Origin: Dimorphilus gyrociliatus
Taxonomy: Eukaryota; Animalia; Annelida
Direction of reading: 5' to 3'
DNA length: 64,000 bases
NCBI GenBank assembly: GCA_904063045.1
Contig: CAJFCJ010000020.1
Span: forward strand, 1,170,916-1,234,915
Part shown: in pieces, positions 52,301-64,000 of the stretch
Numbering within the stretch: the stretch's first letter is position 1
How the letters are laid out: every line of letters begins with the position of its first letter
The notes under the pieces: generated by a model
What the model was told of the DNA's origin: nothing
What the model saw: the letters and a program-made list of their open reading frames with translations, nothing else
Database searches by the model: none
Position numbers and translations under genes: made by a program

Positions 52301-52970
52301 AAGATGAGCAATAAAATTCAATCCTGAAAGGCACATGGTTTTATTATTCCTTCGAAAACCTTTTCTAAATTGAATCAAGAGACGCTTCAGCAGTAGCTCT
52401 CCTATCTGAGGAAATTTTGTATTAACAACTGAAACTAATGCAGCATAGACATTTGTAAAAGTTGGAGAAGCAGTTTGTGCTTGGATTATTGATTTTACAA
52501 AAAGACCTCTTCCTCTAATTATATTTTCTTGAAACAATTCTCTGACAATTTGGCCAAGATTTGATGTGTTTACTTTGTTAATTAATCCATTAATTGATTT
52601 CTTAAGAGCCTCCCATGCTAGCCTTTGATAAGACTCTGATTCTTTATCGGTTATTTTTTCCTGCATCATTCTCAACTTAGCAGGTGGAATGTAGGCTCCT
52701 CCGGTTTTGGTATAAATAGAATCAGACTTTCCTTTTTCATTTTGCCTGCTTGTGTCTTTCTCGGCAGATGCGCCATCAACGTTCGCATTATCGCTCGGCT
52801 TTTTAACTCGATCAAACTTAGGTCTTTTAGCATCAGGCTCATCCTCACTTTGAGGTCTCTCCTGCTTTTCACTACAATAAAACATAATAATCGTGAAAAA
52901 AAATTATAAAATATATGAGTACTATTGATTGTTCAGTTATAAACGTTATAAATTCGTACCTGTCAGACAT
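49355..52970 (-). CDS. CWC22: Pre-mRNA splicing factor CWC22 (MIF4G + MA3) with long RD/RE/RS tail; exons 52970-52960, 52871-49355
   Basis: [69 protein letters not shown]. Confidence 0.97.
49870..50255 (-). repeat. Coding minisatellite, 93-bp (31-aa) unit x4 in the CWC22 tail
   Basis: TTCATCTGTATC recurs at 49961, 50054, 50147 (period 93), degenerate copy at 50240; unit [31 protein letters not shown]. Confidence 0.85.
51009..51095 (-). repeat. (TCA/TCG)n poly-Ser tract, about 29 codons, in CWC22
   Basis: GAT/GAC triplet run on the plus strand. Confidence 0.9.
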
Positions 52971-53551
52971 CTTGATATAGCCTTGCCTGCGAATGTATGT
53001 TTTACCAAACTGATTAAAAACGTTACTTCTCAAATTTTTTCTTTCTAGAGATAATTAAGATATTTCTATTCATAGATAAAATGTATTTAATAATTTTTAT
53101 CATTTTAATTCTAAGAACTTTGTTATTAAATCTTCTACAAATTGAAAATATTATATTTCCCAAAACTTTTTCTAGTAAATTGTTGATAAATATATTAAAA
53201 CTCTTAAATTGAGATACTAGACGTTTTAATTATTTTTTATCGTGAATATCTTTATTAAAGTTGAGTTTAAAAGTTTTAATTAGTCAATTAAACTCGAATT
53301 GTAAAATTTTCATATAAAAACAATGTTAATAAAATGTAACTTAATAGGACAGAAAATTTTTGTTTTAATCGAATTCATATTTAATTTTTTTTCTCAGGAA
53401 TTTTTTGCACAAAATTCTTTAGTTTAAAATATCATTGATTTTTTTGTTGTGGAACATCCGCACTGTCGAATTCCTAAAGTTTGAACTACTCAGACGGTTT
53501 TTGACAAAATAGTTAATTTTACTTAGTTACTTTCTCTTACTATCAGCCAAG

Positions 53552-56500
53552 ATGAGTGAGATGAAGGTAATTCTTCTTATATTTACTAAAACTATAATAA
53601 TACAGCTTACAAATAACTACAATTTGCGAAAATTTGCCTATTTATAACTAGTTCTTTTTATTCGAGTCGACGGCGTCGTTAGATACAGAAATTTTTTACA
53701 AGTTATATTTATTTTCATTTACTTTTGTAGAAAGTATTCTCAGTGCCTAATAGTATTCATGGCCAATCTTCGATCTACTTCTGCTGGCAAAAGAAACTTG
53801 GAAACTACCTGGCAACAACTAGGTAAAACAAATTCATTTGATATTGAATAGTTAGTAAAAATTCCTTTCTAGTTTCGACAACATTGTCAGAATCTATGAT
53901 CGACATGGAGATCTACTTCAAGACCCTAGTTTGCCCGGTATGTGTTCTGGATTGGGATGGGACAAGGATGGCGACAATCTTGCAATGATATCTGACAAGA
54001 GTGGAATTATATTTTTATGGAGTACAAATTCATCCAAAATCCAACAAATCGACAGTGGTTTTAGGTAAAATTGTATTCTTAATGAGTGAATTTTTCATCA
54101 AATGTTTTCTACAACAGAGACACATTGACCGTGCTTTCGTGGGCTAAAAATAGTCATCTACTCGGTATAGGAACGCAAAAAGGGAATCTCCTTATTTATA
54201 ATCCAACAACTTCTAAGTAAGCACACACTCTCTAACTTGATAACTCTGAAATTGTACGTTTTTAAAGGAAAATTCCAATCCTTGGCAAGCACACGAGAAG
54301 TATTACGTGCGGTTGCTGGTCCAGAGAAAACCTACTTGCCCTTGGATCAGACGACAAAACAATAACAGTATCAAATACTGAGGGAGATACTATCCATCAA
54401 ACATCATTACGCGCATCTCCAACGGATATTCAATTCTCCGAAATGAAGTTAAATGAGAGAAGCGCCACGGGTGATAACACGGTAATGAAAACTTTTGTTG
54501 TTTTTGTTCGTTTTGTTAATTTAACAAAATACTTTTCTAGATTAGCTGCATTGTTGGAAAAAAGTCCTTGTTGCTACTAAATATGGATGATCCAGAAAAT
54601 CCTGTTGAATTGGCTTTTCAAGGCCGTTACGGACAGATTGTAGAATATAAATGGTATGGTGATGGGTATATCTTAATAGGTTTTTCAAACGGCTTCATAA
54701 TATCAATATCAACCCACTCGTCAGAAATTGGTCAAGAGTTATTCCAAGTAAGCTTTATTAGTGCATTAATACAATTGAAAAAATGTTTCGTTCAATTGTA
54801 GGCTAGAAATCATAAAGATCAGTTAACCTGCTTAACAGTATCCTATGTTACCCTGAAAGCAGCATCTGGTGGGGATAACGTTGTCAAAGTTTATGAGATG
54901 ACTGATATGAAAGAAATCAGTGCAATTATAAACTTGGAGGAAAGGCCTGATTCAATCAATTGGACAGATGATGGGCAATTACTAGCTGTTTCAACGGTTA
55001 AAGGAAATTTAAATGTTTATTTGTCTAAATTACCCCAACTAGGAGCAGCTTATCAAACAAGACTAGCATATTTAACCTCTCTCCTGGAGGTTACAGTTCA
55101 AGATGATGTGAATCAAGATGGTTCTCAGCTATTAAATGTTGATATAGAGCCATCTTTTCTAGGCATAGGACCATTTCACGTTGCTGTGGGAATGAATAAT
55201 AGAGCTTGGTTCTATATAATGGCAGATTCAGGTACGTTTTCCCTATTGTTTGTAATAAAAATAGAAAATTTCTGGCGGCATCCACTTCTTTCAATTGGTT
55301 TATTATTTAAAAACAAAAGATGGTAGATTATCATGAATATTGCCGAAAAGTATTGGCATAAGTTGACATTTTACAATGTTTTTGATCTTTGTAATACTTT
55401 CACTGTGTTCCTAAATCATATTTTTCGCATCTTTAATATTTATTGATAGTCTTATTTGTCATAATATTATTGGAACTCGTCAGAAACTTTATTCAAACAA
55501 CAAACACGCAATAATATAATATTTATTTATAATATCTAAGCCATTTTTCTTTAAATTCACGAATCTTCCACTATAAACAGTCTTAAGATTCGGTAAATTA
55601 TGTTCACTTTAAGTGTTTTATCTGTTACTTTGTCACAAAATCTGTACAGGAGAAGCTATGAATGTTCCATCACAGTATTACAGTGAATCGAGTACGTCGT
55701 ATTCCTTTTTAGCATGGCTTAAATGATTATTTTTTTCTTCTTTTGAAGATTGATCTTTATGAAAAATTTGATTTCTGTAAAGCTTATCCTATTCATTGCT
55801 TGTCGTAATTTATAATTATATATATGTAGATATATATATATATATATATATTTATTCTGTATATAATTCTAGATATCTCTTTTTATATTATTCTATGTGT
55901 TATCTAGGTCCAGAGAAAGTGAGAGATCGCGAATATTTGGGAACCGTTCAAGTTTGTAAATTAAACGCAGACTATTGTGCAGTAAGATTTGAAAACAGAG
56001 TCCAACTGCATGTAATTGAAGAAGAAGGAAATAATCCCGAAAGAGAGAGTCGCCTATTCCCAGAGAATGAATCAGACTGCAAAGTTACTTGCCACGATCT
56101 GACACCCGAATTTTTAATTTTTGCAACTAATGTAAGTTTTCAAGAAGATTTATCAAACTTGCTAAACAATTTTCTTTATAATTAGACTGGAGGTATTTTC
56201 TATTTTTATCTGGAAGATTGGCAATATGTCAACGAATTTAAGCACATCACTGGCATAACCTATTTAACATCTGACCCTTACGGCACTCGATTAGTTTTCA
56301 TTGACGATAAAGCCGATGCTTTTGTTTATAATCCTGTAAACGACGAACAGGTTGCCGTGCCTCAGTTCTCTGCCAAGACTACTGGCATTCTTTGGGATCA
56401 GTGGCAATTAGACAAGGGAGTTTTTGTATCCTGGGACGAAGAGTTCATCTATACGTATCTCTATAGTCGAGATTCAATCAAAGGCCCTGATTGTAAACTG

Positions 56501-59500
56501 ATCGGAACTACCAAGTTGCCTTTTGGACATATTCCACTGTTATTAGTTAATGGTGACATTTATTTGCACACAACAAGTGGCAAGGTAATCACGAGTACGC
56601 TAGATACTCACGTTTCGGAAGATGAAGGTGAGTTATTTATGAATTTTAAAGAAAGTTTTTTAATAGAGAATAAATTAAACTATCAATAGTCCAAACGGAA
56701 GAACAGAAAATAGAAGCTATGAGAAAATGTATCCAATTAGGCAGATATAAATCAGCCATTACCTATGCAACATCATTAGATAAGAAAGAATTTTGGAAAG
56801 AAATTGGAGATCACTGTTTGACTTATTTAGATGTTGAAACTGCAACAAGAGCTTTTAGGCAAATGGGAGACGTCGGTATGGTCCTCTCACTAGAGGATAT
56901 AAAAGGAATTGACGATAAGAATCTCCTCTCCGGTTACATATCAATGTATTTAAATGAGTTTGATATGGCCCAAGAGTTATTCATCAATTCAGAGAAGCCA
57001 TCTGCTGCTTTAGAAATGAGACGAGATTTAATGCACTGGGATGCTGCTTTGCAGTTAGCAAAAGCTCTAGCTCCTGATCAGATCCCTTATATATCGAAAG
57101 AGTACGCACAGCAATTAGAGTTCACAGGAGATTACATGAACGCCCTCTCCCATTATGAAAAAGGAATAATTAAAGATAGTTCTTTAAGAGAACATAATGA
57201 GCAATGCGCTGCTGGTATTGCAAGAATGTCCATAAGAATGGGCGACATAAGAAGGGGAGTAGGTATGGCGGCTAAAATGCCGAGTCGGGTTTTGAAAAAA
57301 GATTGTGCTGCTATATTAGAAAGTATGAAGCAATGGAGCGAAGCAGCAGTTTTGTACGAAAAGGGTGGATTTTTTGATAAAGCCGCTTCTGTTTACATAA
57401 GATCGAAAAATTGGACCAAAGTAGGTGAATTATTACCGAATGTCACTTCCCCTAAAATACATGGCCAATACGCAAGAGCTAAGGAGGCAGAGGGTATACA
57501 TAAATACCATTAATTATTTTTCCTCATTTCCATAGTTTGTTATTCAATAGGACGTTACAAAGAGGCGGTTCAGGCTTATACGACAGCCAAAGAATGGGAT
57601 GACGTTATTAGATTACAATTGGACCATTTACATAACCCGGAAGAAGCCGTCAGAATTGTACGCCATAGTCAATCAACAGATGGAGCAAAAATGGTTGCTA
57701 ATTTCTTCCAGAAGTTAAACGACTACGGATCGGCTATCCAATTTTTGGTTATATCCAGACATAACGATGAAGCATTCCAACTTGCTCAAGCTCATGACAA
57801 AATGGAAGTTTATGCAGATATCATAGGTGAAGATGCAACTCCTCAAGACTACCAGTCTATTGCCTTATTTTTTGAGAATAGAAAGAATCACTTCCTGGCA
57901 GGGAAATTCTTTCTCTATGCTGGACAGTACCAGAGGGTATGATTATTTTAATTTTAAGTTCTATTTTTATATTTTAAAGATCATTTGTCTATGTCGTTTT
58001 ATATATTGTTTTCTACGGCTCCTTTCCTTTAGATACACTATAAATCTTCATTAAATGTTAATTTAGGCTTTGAAGCATCTTTTGTCGTGTAACGAAACTA
58101 AAGACGGTGCACCAATAAATCTAGCTATCGACGTAATAGGAAGAGCTCAAGATGAACAACTAACAAGACAATTAATCGACTTCTTAATGGGAGATTTAGA
58201 CGGCGAGCCGAAGGTTTTAAAAAAGCTACAACATTCGCCTATTTTCTTTCAGAGATTTAACAATTTTTCACTTCAAATTTGATGTTTTTTTTGTTTCACG
58301 TTTGTTTGCTTTTTCTGCTAATCCTAATCAAAAAACTGTCATCATGCTTTTTCTCTCAAATTAATTAGGCTTTATCTCATCTCTTCAAATGTGAAACGGT
58401 TGAAGACGCTAATTTGGTTCCTCTAATAATAGAAACAGCTTCTAAGAGTCAAGATGATATAATAATTCACAATGTGATTGAATATTTAATGGGAGAGTTG
58501 ACTGGACTTCCAAAGGTTGACTTTAAATAATGATAATTTTATAAGCAGAAGTATATTATTATTAAAAGAAAAGTCATTAAATTACGTTACTCCTGTCGCT
58601 TAAGAATATGAAATTATAAAGATTAAAACAAAGAGAAAATAATTATATAATATATGTTTAAGCATTCTATTAATTCATAGTTAGAATAGTTATTTGATAA
58701 ACTATACTAGATTTCTCTCTCACTGCTAAAAAAAAACTAAGAAGAGCGCTTGAACTAATTCTTTTAAAACTGCTTAAAATTTTTAACCTAGAAATATTCT
58801 TTCTTTGTTTCCATAAAAATTTACCTAATTTTTTATCCACAGGATGCAAAATATTTATTCAGATTGTATATGGCCTTGAATCAATTTGAAGAGGCAGCCA
58901 GAACTGCTATAATAATCGCTAGAGAAGAACAAATTGGCGGTAAAATTTTAATGAATTTAATAAGTTATTTATTTTTTTGTTTTAATCGCTTTCTAATATT
59001 GTATAGGTAATTATAAAAACGCTCACGATGTCCTATTTAGTATGTATCAAGAATTAAAGAAAAACAAAATCAAAATACCCGCAGAGATGGCCAATAATCT
59101 CATGATATTACATAGTTACATTCTTGTCAGGGTAAACGATTATATCTTGGTCGTTAGTAAAATAAACGAATAATGAATAAATTATTCAAATTAGATTCAC
59201 GTGAAAAAGGGAGACCATTTGAAAGGAGCTCGCCTACTTATTCGTGTGGCCAATAATATAAGCAAATTTCCTTCTCACGTTGTGCCTATCTTAACATCTA
59301 CTGTAATAGAGTGTCAAAGAAGCGGGCTAAAGAATTCAGCTTTTAGCTATGCCGCTATGCTTTACAGACCCGAATATCGAGATAAGATTGATGTAAAATA
59401 TAAGAAGAAGATTGAAGGGATTGTTAGAAAATCTGATAAGACAGAAGAAGACGAAACTACTTCATCGTGTCCATTTTGCGAATTTCAATTGCCAGACATG

Positions 59501-59880
59501 GAGTTGATGTGTCCAGAATGTAAGAATACAATTCCCTATTGTATAATTTCAGGTAAAATCCTTTAATACCTTTCAATTTAAATTGATGGTAAATTCAATG
59601 AATAATAAATTTATAGGAAAACACTTGATTAAATCGGATTTATGCGCCTGTCCTGTATGTGATTTTCCTGCAATAGAAACCGAGTTTAGGAGGTAAGTAG
59701 TTTAATAACATCTAAAATTTCCATCATCGAGTCTATCAATTTTAAACTGTAAACTTTTCAATTTCTAGTATCCTAGAGATGGAAGATCGTTGTCCAATGT
59801 GCTCGGAGCCGGTTCTTGCTGAGAACTTGCGAAAAGTTACGGAGCACGATAAATATTTGAATAGAAACCTAGACTCTTAA
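53552..59880 (+). CDS. WDR19: WD repeat protein 19 / IFT144 (IFT-A core), many short introns
   Basis: [17 protein letters not shown]...[84 protein letters not shown]-terminal CPFC/CPEC zinc knuckles. Confidence 0.97.
55650..55691 (+). other. Candidate 42-nt symmetric (phase 1-1) cassette exon inside the WDR19 intron
   Basis: TGTACAG|GAGAAGCTATG...GAATCGA|GTACGT; no stop; encodes (G)[13 protein letters not shown](S). Confidence 0.55.
58067..58515 (+). other. Tandem duplicated 147-nt WDR19 exons (58067-58213 and 58369-58515), candidate mutually exclusive pair
   Basis: Both TAG|GCT...AAG|GT, phase 0, 49 aa, 18/49 identical. Confidence 0.8.
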
Positions 59881-61040
59881 AACAAAAATAGAACAATATT
59901 CGTTCATTCATATCGTTTTTAATCGTTTCCGTCCGATTAAAATAAAATTATGTAATCAATGTCACAGTAAATGGTATATTAATAAAATTATATTACAACA
60001 TAAGGTTACAATATCTATTGGACTAATGGAAATGGTCAATCAGTGAGCTAATGCTTCAATATCTTTCATTTTATTTATCTTAAATCTGAAATTGATTAGG
60101 CCTTTGATCCTTTAGTATACGTTACCGTTCTGCTTGGGGTAGTTTGGAGTAAATATTTTGTAAATCAAACTCCGTCGCTTTGACTTACCTTCTTAACTTA
60201 TTTGTTTAGTTACTGAATGTTTAACTCATTAAGATCTCTTTTTACATTTCTTTTAATTAAATTGGCAGTTGACAATAATAATACGTCTTATACAATGTGA
60301 AATTGGGCTCATGGTTCATGAGAGAACATTTGAAAAGGGAAAGGTCGGTTTTTTGTTAACTAATTGCTCTTTATTCATCCGTCATGTAATTTTTTTTGAG
60401 GGGATGTGGGCGTAGAGGAGGGAAGTGGATAAATCCTAACTATACCTGAGGAGCAACCACTTGGTTAAAGATTTGAGCAGGCTGCTGCTCATTACCGCTC
60501 CACTGCAGGGATGTAGGATAACAGTAGAGATGGTCAGATTACTATGGCATAGCAGAAATCGCAATCCTCAGAAAGCATAATGATAAAGATCAATTTGGAT
60601 AATTTAAAGTCAATAAGTTTACGTCTAAGGGTGTAAAACGACACTAAATATACGAGGTTAGCTTAAATTAGGTATATTTCTAAGAGTAAACAAGTGCTGG
60701 GTGTACATTTTCAGATTGATGAGACAAAGCTCGATAGAATTTTAAATAGGTTGGAATTCTGCGCTCCCCAATAGATGTCAGTACTATCTCGGGATCATTT
60801 TTTATTTCAAGAAGAGTTTATCGGCTAGTATGTAGCTTAAGGATAAAAAAATTCGTAAATTTATTTTATCATATCATTATTATCTATAAGACAAATAGAA
60901 ATTTTTTATTGGCCACTATTGACCAGTATTGTGAACAATAACTGATAAAATAGTTGATCCCCCAACATGGCTGTCTCGGATACAGCTTGTCCGCATCACA
61001 ACGGTTTTATCGGCTACAGAGCACGGATCTAACCATAGAG

Positions 61041-64000
61041 ATGAAAATTTATGGTTGCATTTGGTTCGTCATACTATTGGTGACTTGCCGGTCGCAGTTA
61101 ACTGGATTAAACTTTTTTATAACAAAAGAAGAGTGGAATCGAACAGTCGGTAATTGTCTTTTTATTTTAGATGCAAGGCGGCAAAGGAAAATTCTTTCTA
61201 GCAAACTTGAACCTTTACTCTATAAACTGTGTTTAAAAAAATAGATTACTCGTCAAACTATATAAGGACGCATTGTAAAGTGGTTGAATATTTATGAATA
61301 ATATTTACAATTTGATAAAAATGAGAATTGTGTCGATAAGCGAACAAATGTTTAAATATTTGTTCTTGCCTTTTTGATTGATATACAATCAGTCGTTTTC
61401 AGTCTATTCGCCCACATTTGCATAGAAGAGTTATTTTAAAATTGTTTTTTTTTGCCAACTTTACATATTGTTGAAGGATGTGAAAGAGGCGCAATTGTCT
61501 GCAGTATAAAAAACATAACCGCCAACACTAAGAATTTATGTATATATATATATATATATAGCTTTGTATAAAACACGTAATTCTCTCACTCATTCACTCT
61601 GACCGCTAAACGCTCTTCTTATTTTTTTCAATTTCCGACTGCTGCAAGATAAAACAGCTTACAAAGGATCATTGTTTCCGTAGTATACAAAAAAAGAATT
61701 CTTTGGAGTAGGATTAGTTGTTGAATTACAGATACGTCATTATATAGAAATTAGTAGATTTTGATCTAACTATTAATAGAAAGACTCTAGATTAAACATG
61801 ACTATAAAATCACGCTCAGAAAGGCATCGCCAGAAGACGCTATTCAATACAATAATACGATAATTCGATAATTTCTTTTAAATATTGTACTGAGTTTATA
61901 AAGATATCAATAATTTGTGAATGAAGTCCAGATACTTGAAAAGGCGGTTATGGCATTGATGAATTGCCATTGACAGGCTTTTAAAATATTGAATCTGATA
62001 GAATTTTTTTTTAAAAGAAAAAATAATATATAGTATACTAAGTACCAAAATTTACCAACTAATAACTACTAATAGCCGTTAACACTCCTAAAAAAAAGGT
62101 TAATTCACTAATTCGACTGATAGATTGAGGTATTCGCACTATTCTATCAGGGGTTATGAGGTCGTCACGTGTTCTCATTAATCCTATGCTATTGCTTCAA
62201 AGGCGCAAAAATTTTCTTTCTACTACCTACTTAACACTGTTAGGAACCGTTCCCCTTTTGCAAAGGGACTATTTACACAATTGTTACAACCCGCTGCGAT
62301 CCACTTTAGCCGTCTACGAGCGCACGTGTTCCTAACGGAGACCGTCTCTTTATTTAAATAATAAACAGACGACGGCTATTAATCAAAATCACGCCTCGCC
62401 AATAATTGTGTAAAATTGTGTATTGAATTACTCTAGGGAACGTTTGCTGTTCACCGACCTTTGACTTGAAACCCGTATCATTAGAGAAGCAAGGCGTGAA
62501 TGATTATGATTGATATTCATTATTAATCTTCTAACAGGAGCGTTTCACGATCTCTTCTACGTCGCCAACGGGACAAAGAAGGATTATTCTCTCCGCTTCC
62601 AAGTTCCTATACAATATGAAACCAGAAGGCTTAACTTTTATTGGCAAAATACGGGCCGTCAAGTAAGTGTATTGAGTTTATCCCCAATTCATTTAATTTC
62701 CGGCTCCCTTCTTTACGAAGTATCAGAGTTAATTTCATCGGCTTTTACAAGTTTAAAAATCCAAAGCAGCTGCATAATTGACACTTCACTGACTTGTGTC
62801 GGACAGATCTTGTCCGAACAAAATTCTTTCCAGATATTTACCAACTTGTTGCTATGATATATGCGAATTTAACAAGTGTTCTTTTTTCTCTCTTTCAATT
62901 TAGGATATTTTCTACGAGTTAGATACTAGAATTCCGAGAGGACCCAATCATGGATTGAATATACTTTACGATAAATCTCTGAGATCCGGAGTTGTTCCGC
63001 GCAAGCTTTCCGGTATGTCACGCTTCTCCCTTTATTCTTTTATTTGTAATATAAACAATACCATTTTGTTCCCAACAGCCTTCGCCATTGATCCATTGTG
63101 CACCGGAAAGGAACAGCGATCAATAATTTTCCATATTTCCGTCAATTTTACTCAACGAAATAAAACAACTCAATTGATTTTGAAACGTTCAAAGAATTGT
63201 AAATACGGTTTACCCCAGGAGCGAAGGTCAATTGATGCTTTTGATGTTCACAAAACTAAAAATAAAGGAAGAGAAAAACAAAAAATATGGTTCTATTCTG
63301 GAGCAGGGCTTTTCTGTGGTTTAGTTATAATAGTGGCAACAGTGATAGCTGTTTGCTTCGCTAGGTCGCGCAGGCCAAAGAAAAAGCAAACTTTTGCTGA
63401 TAGAGCAAGGTAAAGCTTATATGTAATCGCTTAAAGACTTACTAAATCAACTATTCTTACAGTGAGAACGGATCAAAATACTCGCAAGCACTATTGCAAA
63501 ATAATACATCAGACTCTTCTCATAGTCATGCGAGTACTGGCTATAGCTTGCAATTATCTCCAACCCAAGTCCGAGCCGCTCTTTCTGAATTGATGATCGA
63601 TAAATCTCGTCTGACATTAACACAAGTACTGATGGAAGGCACTTTCGGTCGTGTTTCCCACGGTCTTATAAGCGTTCATTGCGAAACGGATGAAATGGGC
63701 TTTATCATGGTAAAGAGCATGACAGAGGCTGCTGAATCGGATCAAGTTGAAACCTTCCTAAGGGATGCTTGCTTATTGAGGAACGTTTTGCATGAGAACA
63801 TTCAAAAATTGGCTGGGGTATCCTTAGATCCTCCGATGCTAGTCTACGCTCGCTCAACTCATACTCAAAATCTAAAGACCTATCTTCTCGATAGAAAAAC
63901 TATGGTTCTCAGCACACCAGAAGTTGTGTATATAGCTCTACAAATAGCCAGAGGGGCTATGCACCTACACAAAATGGGCATTATCCACAAAGATGTAGCG
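61041..64000 (+). CDS. RYK: RYK/Derailed-type receptor tyrosine (pseudo)kinase, truncated by window end
   Basis: Signal peptide, WIF domain (LNFFI..EE..R..G, L.YVANG, LNF.W, C.G, LILKR.KNC), TM, kinase MEGTFGRV.HG, LQIARGAMHLHKMGIIHKDVA. Confidence 0.9.

Noticed and set aside
1-64000. CRISPR arrays, prophage, operons, autonomous transposase/RT genes
   Set aside because: None seen; the window is intron-containing eukaryotic DNA with no transposase or RT ORF and only short (TA)n/(GA)n microsatellites

Overview
AT-rich, very gene-dense eukaryotic (bilaterian animal) genomic DNA with mostly 40-150 nt GT-AG introns. The architecture fits a miniaturised lophotrochozoan genome such as the annelid Dimorphilus, but this is inference only. 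I reconstruct about 25 spliced protein-coding genes: Shisa-like, CatSper4-like, CARD-Rho GTPase fusion, CERK-like, GNPDA, COA7, UFC1, SMC4, sulfotransferase, DUR3-like transporter, an orphan, POLR3H, KHDRBS-like, ADAM10-like, CELF, a Cys-less Ig receptor, a DUSP-UBL-BTB fusion, BCDIN3D, a carboxylesterase, a TM protein, HAGH, CWC22, WDR19/IFT144 and RYK. There are also two tRNA genes. No prokaryotic systems or CRISPR arrays are present. Most notable: (1) a GC-AG intron in COA7 bounded by a 31-bp terminal inverted repeat that starts exactly at the donor (Introner/MITE-like), with a decayed version of the same geometry in the gene's second intron; (2) a tandemly duplicated 147-nt exon plus a hidden 42-nt cassette exon in WDR19; (3) an intact tRNA-Ile with the GAT anticodon that eukaryotes normally avoid; (4) two unusual domain fusions, CARD-coiled coil-Rho GTPase with G12/Q61-equivalent substitutions and DUSP-UBL-coiled coil-KCTD BTB; (5) a recurrent CTCF-like motif. 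All gene models and alignments were done by eye. Several strand labels in the supplied ORF track appear wrong (e.g. 49390..50697 is a minus-strand +1 frame).
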